Shown here in pieces: positions 28,201 through 40,400 of a DNA stretch of 64,000 nt. The notes below the pieces were generated by a model. The model was not told the origin of the DNA and made no database searches. It saw nothing but the letters and a program-made list of their open reading frames with translations. Source of the stretch: Isurus oxyrinchus (Eukaryota); NCBI GenBank assembly GCA_026770705.1, contig JANJGN010000012.1:98084001-98148000 (forward strand). Reading direction: 5' to 3'. Both the position numbers and the translations under genes were made by a program. Each line of letters starts with the position of its first letter. The first letter of the stretch is position 1.

Positions 28201-28916
28201 CTCTCCGCACTACTTTCCCCCCTCCAAACTCCTTCCCTTACACCTTCCACTCCCCTTACACTTACCTCCCCAGATGTTGTTTTCTCCCCTGTTAGCCCTC
28301 CTTCCACCACATTCCCTCCCCTCTTCCAACCACCCCCAACACCTTCAATCCCCCACCAACCTTACCCCATCCTGACACCTCTTCCTCTCCCAGCCTATCC
28401 TAAACCTTCCTCTCCACCCACTTGACCATCATCTGTCGTGAGCAGGCCCTCAATGGTGACTTTCCAACTCCCATGAGCTGCTTCGCAGCAGAGCCATGCC
28501 CATGAGAATCCAGCATGCCATAGATATTCCTCCAGTGTTGCTGTCGGGCTCCAGCATCTTCTGCTCTTCCGATGTCCATGATGTGTGCAAGGCCCTGGCG
28601 GTAAGTCCCGACTTCTGCACGTCACACTTGCCAAGACGTGTTTTGCACCAGCATGCAAACATGCTGACGCAGACAGATGATCCAACAGGGGGAGGAGAAA
28701 TGATTTCACGGGCTGGCCTTACAATGATATGCAGATGTATTGCAATGAGGTCCCTGATGTCTGATGGCGGGAAACGTGGCCTGCCATCGACGGGCTGAGC
28801 GGACAATTGCAAACTGGTTTCACAATGTTGTGAAATCTATTTTTGGTCTTTTTACCATATTGTCCACTCACGCTGCTGAGCATGCCCAACCGCAGTGGGC
28901 ACAGACGATTCCACCC
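25254..28916 (+). mobile_element. Non-autonomous Harbinger copy B (Myb gene remnant, no transposase)
   Basis: TIR GGGTGAAATTGTC / GACGATTCCACCC, exact ACA TSD; Myb start MAPKGKKNAAVPWFSDASLECLLTAVEARRDVFYP across frames near 25520. Confidence 0.85.
27750..28430. repeat. C/T-rich low-complexity tract inside Harbinger B
   Basis: Degenerate short CCT/CCCT units; explains the P/S/L-rich 358-aa ORF. Confidence 0.85.
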
Positions 28917-28932
28917 ACAGATTTGAATCGTA

Positions 28933-29712
28933 AGGCCGGATTTTCAAAGTGGGGTCGGGACCCAGTTTGGGTATGATTTCAAAGTCCCTGAGGTTGTCTT
29001 GGGATCCCAATGCCTCCACGAAAATTTTTAAATTTCAATGGGCTGGCTGGAGGGTAGGGAACAGGCAACCTGCTCGCCATCAATTAATGGCCCCTTAAGT
29101 TCCTTAAGGAGCTTGTTAAAGGGCCTTTGCAGTACAGAATGGAAATTTTACACTTTATTTTGGTGAACTTGAAGAGTTTGATGCACAGCTGTCTGGTTTG
29201 CCCAGGGCCAAATAATGTTTATTTGTCTTTCTTTTATAGCTCTTCTTAATGGGCCTATTGCCCAGTGCAAGCTCTGAATCTTCACACGGCCTCTTGCAGC
29301 TCCATCAACACTACTAGCCCTGTAAGGAACTTAAGCAAGCTGCCCCAAAAACAGAAAATGCTAGAAAAGCTCAACAGGTTTCGCAGTATCTGTGGAGAGA
29401 GAAACAGAGTTAATGCTTTGAGTCCATATACTAGACCTGCTAGCTGCTAGGCCTTCTGAGTTTTTCCAGCATCTTCTGTTTTTGTTTCAGATTTCCAGCA
29501 TCCACAGTATTTTGCTTTTATTTTAAGCAAGCCACTGCTTGTCTTTGCAGCTGACGCCAGGCAAGCAGCTCCCACCTTCTGGAGGCACTTCCCGCCAATA
29601 ATTGGACACTGAGCCGGCCTTCTTCACAACCAGGTCATTTGAGTCTAAAAGACACACCTGACGCGCAGGGTCAGGATCCAGAATTCCTGACCCCGCTTTG
29701 AAAATCCAGCCC
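28933..29712. mobile_element. Harbinger-type MITE with long TIR
   Basis: AGGCCGGATTTTCAAAGTGGGGTC / GACCCCGCTTTGAAAATCCAGCCC; flanks GTA/GTT. Confidence 0.8.
29341..29522. mobile_element. PLE pseudo-LTR insertion made of two opposite-oriented halves
   Basis: 10-bp TSD TTAAGCAAGC at 29331-29340 and 29523-29532. Confidence 0.8.
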
Positions 29713-30149
29713 GTTAACCCTGTTTTATTTTCCTCAATGATGCCTGACCTACTGAGTATTTCTGACATTTTCTGTTTTTATTTCAGGCTGTTCTGTGGTA
29801 TCCTTCCTGGTTCATAATCCACTGATGTTCGCTAATTAGGCCACAGAAGGAGAATGACCACTTGGGCAAATTACTGGAGGTCTGTCAGTATCTAACATGT
29901 ATCAGTCTTCAAGAGAGGAAAATGAAACAAAAGGAGAATACTTGAAAATATATGAAAGCTACTCAAAAAAATGGTCAGTATCATGGAATGCAATATGGTA
30001 TAAATCTCTGCACTTTTGAAAGGACCAAAATCCACTTGTACCCTTCAAATTATACGTTATTTGATTGGGAAGATTTTTTTTTGCTGCACTGAGACCCTCT
30101 TTATAATTTTTTTTTATGAATAAGATAATCCAAACTTGTAATGTTCCTG

Positions 30150-30333
30150 AGATAAAAACAAAAAACTGCGGATGCTGGAAATCGAAAACAAAAACAGAAT
30201 TACCTGGAAAAACTCAGCAGGTCTGGCAGCATTGGCGGAGAAGAAAAGAGTTGACGTTTGAAACGTCAACTCTTTTCTTCTCCGCCGATGCTGCCAGACC
30301 TGCTGAGTTTTTCCAGGTAATTCTGTTTTTGTT
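30150..30333. mobile_element. Fold-back PLE pseudo-LTR insertion
   Basis: 14-bp TSD TTGTAATGTTCCTG at 30136-30149 and 30334-30347; arms of about 75 bp with one mismatch. Confidence 0.92.
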
Positions 30334-31276
30334 TTGTAATGTTCCTGTATGTTTCTCGTGCTGAGTTCAGGGCAGCTCACTCTATTCATTAGATAGCTCA
30401 TGAAATGTGAGGATAAACTAAACTTACTGTGAATGAGGCAAAACCCCACACCTGTCACATTTCTTCAACATTCAGTTCCAGCTGGTGTTCTGATACTATG
30501 TCCTGAATGTATTGATCACATGGTCTGATTGCCACGTGTTGGCAATATGTTTATTGAAGGATGTCTTGACTCTTTAAAAATATTTATAATGGAGGCATTT
30601 CTTTGCACTATTTCAAGTTTCTGAAGTTGTATAATGATTATAAGCTGTTATAAGCTAATAATTATAAGCTGCTGTGTAACGATACATTAGTTCATTCACT
30701 TGCTCTGCTTTCCCCATTAATTATTTCTCATGTATATCTGGTTAACATTTGCCATCACAGAAACTGTGCTACCACTAAGCTTATTATATTCCTATGAGCT
30801 ATCATTTAATTCCTAATCTGTGTAACATCTATATACAGGCAATGACTAGGGTGATAGTTTTGTGTCTTTTAACTAGTGTCCTCAAAAGTGACTGTGGCAG
30901 CCAAAATGGTGCATTGGTTAGGTGATACTTATTCATGTGGTCACTTAAAAACAGTATTTTTATTGTATCTTTTATTGTAGAAAACCATACATTCACTCTG
31001 TTGACACACTGATAAAATTGACTGGTTATGTGACTAGTTATGTTGATGCTGTTCGGATGTTTGGCTTACTGTTCTGTGTGTTGTGTGAAAGGAAAGAAGG
31101 TAAGCATTCCCTTTGGATAGGATGGAAGATGCCCTACGAGCCTTACATTACCCACAAATTGTATTGGTTCAAGCTCCATCACACAGTGAAAACTAGGTAT
31201 GTTAGTCCAAAGCTGTCTATTCCTTCATTTAGTACAGATTCAAAGGTTAGGGGTCATTTGTGGTTTTGGTATGTAT

Positions 31277-32100
31277 GGTCAGGATTTAATGCACACCCCT
31301 CCCCCGGCAGTGAGTTTAGAAGTGGGGGGGCATTTACTCAAGCAGGAAGGTGCGGAGTGGAGACCTCAATGCCTTCCCGCCTCCACCCGATTAAGTCCAG
31401 GGCAAGAAGGTTCATGCCTACCAAATTCGGATGGACAGGACTTTTCATTGGGCTGAATATTCACAGGGGTGGGGATGGGGGTATGTGGGTAAGAGATTGG
31501 AAGTTGAGCTGGAAGACCATTCCGCCTCCTTGGCACCAAACTCCTTATTCTGGCAGATCAAAAGGCAGCTCAAGTTATTTAATATTAATTTCCTGACGAA
31601 GTCTTGCATCATAACATTTCCATAGGCTCCAAGGGAGCTCCAAGGGAGGTCCCTCGTTCAAAGCTACTCGGTGCCTGATTGAGAGATTCAGCATTGGGAA
31701 GGGAAAAGTGCCACAGAAAGCCACTCCCTGCTCTTTCTTCTGAACCTCCAAGCCAGCGACCCAATCTGTCCAGCCTCCGTCCTGCCCACACTCACCTGTG
31801 TCTGGGCTCCCTTGGCAATCCTCTGCCTCTGGCAGGTGCATTACCAGCAGCTGCCACTGTTGCCAGTGGCACTGCTGGCACTAATGAGCTATGGAGAGCT
31901 GCTAGTCTCTGATTAGCTGGCAGTTCTCGGGGGTAGGATTTCCACCCCGGGAGTCCTAAATCCCAGGGAAGGCCCACCACTGTACTGTTAAGTGCCTGAT
32001 AAGCACTTAATTCTGGCAGGCCTTCAACAAAGGAGGTGGGGCTCCCGTCCGGACTCCAGCCAGTGGGCGAGCCCCCCGTCACCAACATTAAATTCTGTCC
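31277..32100. mobile_element. Harbinger-type MITE family 2
   Basis: TIR GGTCAGGATTTAATG / CATTAAATTCTGTCC with exact TAT TSD. Confidence 0.85.
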
Positions 32101-33139
32101 TATGTTTCTGCTGATGTGTACAACTGCCTTCTTAGTCTGGGAATAGTTTCAGATTCCAGCAATTGCTTAAGAAATGGGGAATGAAGATCCCCTGCTTAAT
32201 CTCCCATGCAGTGAATTTACCCATAGTTACTTTAACCTTTATGTAGAGTCTGTCATAGCTGTGGAAGAAAAAAATAAGATCAAACAATAAAAAAAAGATT
32301 CTATTTTTTCCCAAGGGTCTACTTTGCTGTTGATGTTCATATTATCACTGCAGGGAAGAACAATTTGCTCACTATGGAAATGTTGTGATGCAAGAATTTG
32401 TCAGGAAATTAATATTAAATAACTTGAGCTGCCTTTTGATCTGCCAGAATAAGGAGTTTGGTGCAAAGGAGGCGGAATGGTCTTCCAGCTCAACTTCCAA
32501 TCTCTTACCCACATACCCCCATCCCCACCCCAGTGAATATTCAGCCCAATGAAAAGTCCTGTCCATCCGAATCTGTGGTTTTAAAAACCAGAAAATCATG
32601 AAATGGATTGTGCTGGCGTCTGTAATGCTGCATTTATACTTTTGTAATCCCCTATAATGCAAAAGCCCTTCACTAATGCAATAGGAAAATCAAACCATTT
32701 CTCATGATTTGTGCACTACTAAATTGCAATACAATGTTGGTCAAACATTACACAGTCATCTTTAATGCTGGAGATGTTCTCCTTTGCCAGTGAAGTATTG
32801 TGTATAGCTGCAGATTCCATAATTAATATATCCTTGTTTTGTTTCATTTAACACCATGCATACAGTAAATTTGGAGATATTTTGTTACCTTGCCTTTTCT
32901 GTACTCTTAATTTTATATTTCATTCTAAAGATCTGTGGTTGCTGGTCAAGACTGGCATTTTTGTGCCAATCCTGGATGCAGCAAAAAGGTGGTCCTGGGC
33001 CAGAGAACAGTTAAGCGTTAGCCACATCGGTGTGCGTCTTGAGTCACTATTTGGCTAGATTGGGTATGGGTAGTAGATTTCCTTCTCCAGAGGATATTAA
33101 TTAACCATTTTTTAAAAATGACAATCCAGTAGCTTCATG

Positions 33140-34094
33140 GGGCAGGATCTTCCCCCTTTGGAGGGGTTGTGTGGGAACGGGTACCAGCGGGAGGGTTCCT
33201 AATTGGCGCCCCCGGTTGAGGGCATGCCGTCATTTTATGTGGGCAGGCTTATTAAGGCCCGCCCAGTGTGACGTCTGCCAGGAAGCCGGGAGTACGCTCT
33301 TCCGTGCATGTGTGCGAAAGAGCCCACAGATCTCCCTAAGGCAAAATGCTGCCTCAGAGAGATCGGCTCAGGTTTGAAACATTGAATAAAGATTAGAAAA
33401 AAAATTACTGACATATCCCCTTTTGTTACCTTGCCTTTTCTGTACTCTTAATTTTATATTTCATTCTAAAGATCTGTGGTTGCTGGTCAAGACTGGCATT
33501 TTTGTGCCAATCCTGGATGCAGCAAAAAGGTGATCCTGGGCCAGAGAACAGTTAAGCGTTAACAAAAGGGTGCCATTATCACCTGTCACATCTAGCCAAA
33601 TAGTGACTCAAGACATACACCAATGTGACTGACTCTTAATTGTCCTCTGGCCCAGGACCACCTTTTTGCTTCAACCAGGATTGGCACAAAAATGCCAGTC
33701 TTGCCCAGCGACAGTACATCTTTGTCACATGTCACATGAGCTGGGACATGTCAATTTCTTTTATTTAGACATTTAATACAAATTTTAATACCCTCATGAA
33801 ACCTCATCCCATCCATGGATGAGCTTTCATGTTTTCTCGGAAGCCCACCTGGGCTCCCGTCCTCCCCTCAACCTTAAGGCTGGACAGGCAGGTCCATTGA
33901 TTACTTTACTGATAGCCTTAAGTGGCCGTTGACAGGTTGGCAGGCGTGCAGCTGACTCGGCTGCGCTCTCGCCAACCTGAAAATATAAATGACATGGGGT
34001 AATGCCAGGACGCCTGCCCGATGTCACCCCGCGTCATTTTACACATCGGCGAGCAGGCCCCGCCCCCCTGCTCTCCGACCGGAAGATGGAGCCC
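33140..34094. mobile_element. Harbinger-type MITE family 1 inserted in a SINE (about 32940-34230, -)
   Basis: GGGCAGGATCTTCC / GGAAGATGGAGCCC, exact ATG TSD; the flanks rejoin into a SINE like 46560-46920. Confidence 0.88.
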
Positions 34095-35017
34095 ATGATC
34101 ACTTTTACTGATGCTGGACTTTAACTTCCAGATTTTTTTTAACTGAATTCAAATTCCTAAACAGCAATGGTGGGGTTTGAAATTGTGTTCTATGCATTAT
34201 TACTATAGACTTCTGAATTTATCATTCAGTGTCAGCAGTCAAAGGTAAGATATACCTTAGATGACATCAGGGAAATCCCAATCCTTCTGGAGCCAGGGAC
34301 TAGGTACACAGTGGGTGTTTCATACAGTGAATAAAACGACTTCTGCCCAAAGCCTTTGTTTCACCCAAGATGACTTCAGTACTCACATGACTATGGCAAG
34401 CCACTGTACACAAAAGGCAGCAGTGCACAAAGGCATTTCTCCAAACAAACACATTACATGCACTAACATTTGCATTTGCAAGTTACCCACATTCATAGTC
34501 TATAAAGAAAGTCATCATGGTGAACAGAAAACGTTCATTCTAGTCTGTTTCACTTTCATCTGTCTCAATACATGCGCTGCACACATATAATCTTTAAAGC
34601 GCTCAGGTCCTCTAATGAACGTGCAGATTGTTGTTCGTTGCTTGTCTGATGTCTGCTGGTTCCTGGGGTCACTATGCCTCTCCAGGGAATCTTATTGACA
34701 TGGTGAGTATGGCTGCTGATTCAATGCATTTGTTGGTGAACAGTAGATCTCTGGAACTGATGGTTGTTCTGTCCCTTGTTCAGTTGGCAAAATCAACTCC
34801 TTCTCACTGGTTGGCAGCTGTGAAGGAGCAACTTCTCCAGTTGCATGTATATGTCTGTGGTTGCAATGATATATCTGGTTGTTCATTTTCACCACCTACG
34901 ATCAAGGTGACAACTGCTTTACGCAGGTTTCAGGTTGCCAAGTGGGCTGACTTTTGTTGAGTGCATTGAATATTTGCACTCTGACCAGCTTTCCAACTCT
35001 CAACTCTAGCAATGATT

Positions 35018-36266
35018 TGTAGGGGGTGGTGGTGTGTGTCAGCTTCACCTCTGACTTCTGAGTGGTCCGAATTGCTCCCACTCCCTGGGTTCTAGACCTT
35101 GGACTTATTTGGGGGTTGTGACAAAGTGCAGCAGACAACTGGTTTTGGTGCAAGGAAAATCAAAACTGGGTTTATTGAAGTCACAAGTGAACTTGTAACA
35201 TTACACTATAAATTAACACTGAGATTATACAGACCTACAAAGTACACTTAGTTAAGATTGGGGAACACATGGCATAACGAGAGAAGATCATGCTACTAAC
35301 TACTTTACCCTTGTCCCACCCCCAAAATGTAGCTAAATTAAACTAGGAGAGGTCAGGGATCATGCTCACTAACCAGGGTTCCTTGACAGTTCGAAATCCA
35401 GCCAGGTAAGCTGGTTGCAGTTTTGGGGTACAGTCTTTGTGTCCTCTGGGGCCTACCATCCCCACGTGGTCCTGGTCTGTGGAATCTGTGAAGGTTCTTC
35501 AGTTGGGTGGAGGGTGCAGTTGTGGGTGGTTGATCTTCGTGGAGGGCTGAGGTTGCATCCTTGTTATCTTCAGTTGAGCCTGCCACCCTGTGCTCTTTGC
35601 CGTGATGTTGCCTGCAGGCCTGCAAACCTCAAGATCTCCTCCCTTCACTTGGCTCAGCTACTCCTCCCTGCTTAAACTCTGCTTCAACCCCTCCAAAACT
35701 GCTCACCCTCCAAAAACTGCTCACCCTTGTAACTGGTGGCCCAGTGATACTGTTTTTTTTTAATTTCTTATCTCAATCCAAATCAAGGTTAGTTCTTTGT
35801 CTGATTTTTGGTGGGCTTCTTCAGGTGATTGTTGTCTCATTGTTTTTTTAATTGGCCCACATGATGTGTATCATTGTCTTCCTGTCCCCGTAACTAGTCT
35901 TGAACTGAAAGCCATTGTATATGTGGAGTATTGATAGGTTCGCATAATTGCATTGATTGTTGCCTTCCTGCCTTAGCAGTTAGTAGCAATTATTTATGCA
36001 AGATTTTGATGGTCTTTAGTTTCATGTTAGATGAAGTTTTTCTTTGGGTTGATTGTTTTAAAGAGAAGAATGTGTATTCTGTCTCCTCTCGTTGTTTGGC
36101 TTCAGGCAACAATCCATACTGTACTCAATAAGCCTGGGCATGTCCAGTCCCAGGCTGTCTGCAGGGTTCTACACTTAACTCAGCAGTTGGGTCTTCTGCC
36201 ATAAAAGTCCAAAAGTCATATCCTTGTTGATAATATGAAAAATGTGGGAATTTTGAGAACCCTTCA
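35018..36266 (-). mobile_element. Solo LTR (1249 bp) inserted in the Gypsy integrase
   Basis: TGTAGGG...CCCTTCA termini, exact 4-bp TSD GATT, AATAAA on - near 35171-35176; its removal rejoins FDKVAK-SLLELRVG. Confidence 0.85.
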
Positions 36267-39200
36267 GATTTGGCCACTTTATCAAAGTGAAATTTGGCTT
36301 TCAGTCGTTGCACTTTGATTTTCACTCTTGTTACTACTTCTGGCTATAGTAGTGTTTTAGCTATTGGAAGAGGAGTCTGAGTGTGGCATGACATTAGTCA
36401 CTGGACTGGACTACTTTCTATGGCTTCAGTAGGTGTATTTCTTCACTCTAAGATTGCCTTGTATACATCATACCGGATCTACACAATTTTTTGATGATCC
36501 CTTTTGCAATTTACACTGCTGCCTTGGCCTTTCCATTTGACTGGCAGTCGTATGGAGATTATGTGGAGTGCTGAATTTCCAATTCTTCATACGTGAAGTG
36601 CCTGAATTCTTCATTCTTGGACTGAGGGCCATTGTTGCTTATCACAATTTCAGGAATGCCATGATAACAGAAGTACGCTTTCAGGCACTCAGTGATCTCA
36701 CTGGCAATCATTGACGTCAGCTTGTCCAATTCCCTGTAGTCTGAATAGTAGTCAACAGTGACGAGATATTCAGTGTCAAAGAGAGTGAAGCGGTTTCTCC
36801 AAGCTTCACCCATGGTCCGTGTAGGAGGTCATGAGTCATAAGCGGCTCTTTAGCTTGCTTAGCTTAATGTTCATTGCAAGCACTGCACTAGCTGATATGG
36901 TCCTTAATCTCATTGCTTTTGTTTGGCCTGTAGAGAGCTTCTCTTGCCTTCCTCAGACTAGACTCGATTCCTTAATGGCTTGCATGGATGTGCATCAACA
37001 TCTCTTTTCTCATCTCCTTTGGGATGATGGCTCTAGTTCCTTTGTACAAAATGCCGTTTTGGGCAGTCATTTCATCTCTGTGTGTACAATACTTTCTTAT
37101 AACAACAGGTGATCCTTGATGGTTTCAGGCGATCTTGTCAGCGCTACTTCCTGTAGCACTTGGAGGGAGGCATCTCGTTGTGTAGTTTGCTTGATCTGAG
37201 CAAGAGGCTTATCTGTTGGATTCAGTGCTTCTACTGGGTGGATGAATTCCAGATCATGTCGTGCCATTGCTTCATGTTGAATCTAGAAGATTTCATACTT
37301 TTTACCAGCATCATCAACTTCCTTCAAAGGGAATGCAGTTCTTGATAGCATGTTGGTGATGTACATCGGCTTCTCTTGCTTCTACTTCACTTTCAGATAT
37401 TATCTCTGCAAACAAGGTAACATCCTTTGCAGATGCTTTGGAGCAGAGAGAAGCTGTTTGAGAAAGATGCCTTTAAGTGGCTTGTGGTCAGACTCTACTG
37501 CCACTTTGTATCTCCAAAACAATAGCCAGATACTCTTTCTCAAATTGGGCATAAGGTCGTTCAATTTGTATTAACGCTCTGGATGCAAACGCAACTGGTT
37601 GTCCTTGGTGCATTAGGGTTGCTCCAAGTCCTGTTTCATTGGTCTCACACTGCAGGATGACTTTGTCATTGACATCATAGCACCTCAGCACTGGGCATTG
37701 TCATCACTAGTTGTTTGATGTGAGTGAAAGCTACTTCTTGATCTGTGCCCCAGAACCTCTGAATATCCTTTGCAGTGAGCTTGTATAGAGGTCACACTCT
37801 GATGACAAATTGGGCAAAATCTTTGCTAGATAGTTCACAAACCCTACAAGTCGTTGAACTGCCTTCACACCTGTTGGTTGTTGCATCTCTGCTAGAGCTC
37901 TCACATTATAAGGATCAAGGCAAAACCTTTTTGCTGTCAGCACATAACCTATGTACTTGACTTCAGCCATCTTCAGTTGTAGTATATTCTTGTTCAGCTT
38001 CAGGTTTATCTGGTGAGCTGTATCCAGCAGTCTCACTGGATTCTGATCATGGTCTGCGATGGCTTCTTCCATTGTATCTCCACATCCATAGATTAACAGA
38101 TAATCCATGAACACTTCCATTCCTGGAAGATCGTTGACTTTCTCATGCTGTTGGTCTTGATAGTCTTACAGAGCAGTAGAAATGTCAAATGGCATGTGCA
38201 ACCATCTGTACCTCCCAAATTGCATCCAGAATGTAGCCAGGAAACTCCTGCTTTTATCCAATTTCACTTACCAGTATCCATCCTTCACATCTATGGTGTT
38301 AAAGACTTTTGCATTGACAAGTTGAGGAAATATTTCTTTAATGGTTGGCATGGGGTAGTAAGACGTTCCAAAGTTTTCTTTTGATCCTTTACAATCCATG
38401 CACACTTTCATGTTTCCAGTTTTTCTTTCATTGTTACAATGCTGCTAATCCAGCCTGTAGGAGTTGTCACTTTCTCAATTACCCTCATCTTTTCAAGCTC
38501 CTCTGTCTTGTCTTTCAGGCTGGACCTGAGGGCAGCTGGAACTCTCTTTGGAAGATCTGTGAAAGCAATTTTGTAATTTGCCAGGATCTGTTCAGTGGTC
38601 AATGACTATTGGTGCCATGCAAAACATGATAAATCTCTTCTGGTACATGAAGGTTACTAGTCCAAGATTTTGAATTATTTCTTTAGTGTCTACTATCTGG
38701 AACTGAGATCTTCTTTCTTCCCATTTCATTGAGCTCTTAGCTTAGTTTGCCCTCTTGGAGTGAGCATCATTCCATCATATAGCCTCAACTTTACCTTCAA
38801 TGGCTTCATTTTCAGATCACATTCTTGAGAAACTTCACACAGGTCTGAGAAGCTCATGATGTTGCATGTAGCAGCAGTGTCTAACTGACACTTCACATTA
38901 ACTCTCCTTCTGCGGCCATCATTCCAATATTCACAAACCATTTTTTAACTTGAAACTTAGTGCCAACCTGTTCTAGGGTATAGAGTGGTTCCTCAGAATC
39001 ATTCCCCAACACCCCTCCAGCAACCATCTTTATAGGCTTGCTTTTCTTCTTTCCAGCTAAACATTTGCATGCAAAGTGATTCAGCTTCTTGCAGTTAGAG
39101 CACTGCTTTCCTCAAATTGGACATATTTCCTTTCCTTTTTGTGTAAGGTGTCCCCTGCAATATTTACATTCAGTACTCTGGCCATGACCTTCTGCTGGCC

Positions 39201-39943
39201 CTTCTGCAAATAATTTTTTTCTCTTTTCCATTGTCTAGTGCTTGGAAGGCCCGAATTTCCTCTCAGCATACTGCAAAGCTTCATCAGTTCTCACATCAAT
39301 ACTTTTCAGATGATGATTAATTACTCAGTGCTTCGACACATGTCAATCGCTTTCTTGAGAGTACGTTTCTTTTCTCTCAGCAGATGTGTTCTCATGGCAG
39401 GATCTGTTGTTTGGGAAAATCCAATCTGAGATCAGTTCTTCAGTTTTTCAAACTCATAAGATTTAGCTAGACATCTCAGTGCAGCAACATACAGATCAAT
39501 ATTCTCCCCCTTTTCTTGAGTTCTGGTATTGAACACATAGCATTCATAAATAACATTAGTAGAGGGTTCAGAGTGGGTCTTCAAGGCCTCCAAAATTTCA
39601 CCAAACTGGCTTTTCTGTTCCTCTATGAGGTCTGGGATGAAATACGGCTTGCAGCACTCATTCCTCTGCACTGATAACAGAGTTGCGACTCTTCTTGGTT
39701 CAAATTTCTTTTTTAAACTCTGACAATTTCATAGTTCTGCAATTGAGACTGGAAAAATTTTCAATTCAGTCTCCAATGTGATTTCTTCTCCATAGGAGCT
39801 GGTTCTGGAAGATTCAAAACTTTACTGATTCACCCAGCAGGCAATGTCCTGTACAAAGTTGCAGACTGAATTTTTATTCTCTGCTGTTTCCTACAGTAGC
39901 TAGTTCTCTTTCAGCTATCAAAATCCACTCAAATTCAATTCCA

Positions 39944-39957
39944 CACTCCTGACACCA
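39944..39957 (-). promoter_or_regulatory. Primer-binding site complementary to tRNA-Leu 3' end
   Basis: TGGTGTCAGGAGTG just upstream of gag. Confidence 0.75.
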
Positions 39958-39958
39958 T

Positions 39959-40400
39959 GGGCAGGATTTTTCAGTTGGTGTGCAGGGGCGGGCCCGACAT
40001 GCCGACGCGTAAAATGACGCGCGATGACGTCAGGCTTGCATCTGCACAGTCCAATGACATTTCATTCGGTGGTCGTGTGCCAAAGTCGGCTGCTCAGCTG
40101 CTGATATGTAAATGGCCTATTAAGGCCATTAAGGCAGTCATTGATTAATTTGATAATGCTGCCTGTCCAACCTAGAGGCCAAGCAGCCTTTGCATTTTTT
40201 AGGAAACCTCATCCACAAGCGGGATGAGGTTTCCTAAAGCTTTTATTAAATAAGTAAATAAGTTTTCCGCAAAATCAAAACATGTCCCATCTCATGTGAC
40301 ACAGCCACATGAGGAGACATGTTTAATTGAATTTTACATCCATTTATTTGATAATTACAATAGCCCTTCAATTTCCCTGAGGCAGCTCAGTGCACGCATT
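39959..40400. mobile_element. Truncated family-1 MITE
   Basis: Starts GGGCAGGATTTT; collinear with 22172; the other end is missing. Confidence 0.75.

Larger units (their letters stand above)
34590..39957 (-). mobile_element. Ty3/Gypsy LTR retrotransposon internal region, decayed (gag-PR-RT-RH-IN)
   Basis: Gag NVIYECYVFNTRTQEKGENID; CCHC knuckle CSNCKKLNHFACKC near 39060-39105; protease QLDTAATCNIM; RT VFMDYLLIYG; RNase H GLGATLMHQGQPVAFASRAL; integrase LVTVDYYSD..HGIPEIVISNNGPQ; tail PERFKDY. Confidence 0.92.

Noticed and set aside
27349-28425. 358-aa Pro/Ser-rich ORF as a gene
   Set aside because: It is a by-product of a C/T-rich tract lacking stop codons inside Harbinger B.
31018-31596. 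192-aa ORF
   Set aside because: It runs across unique DNA, a MITE end and a templated insertion, so it is a chance frame.
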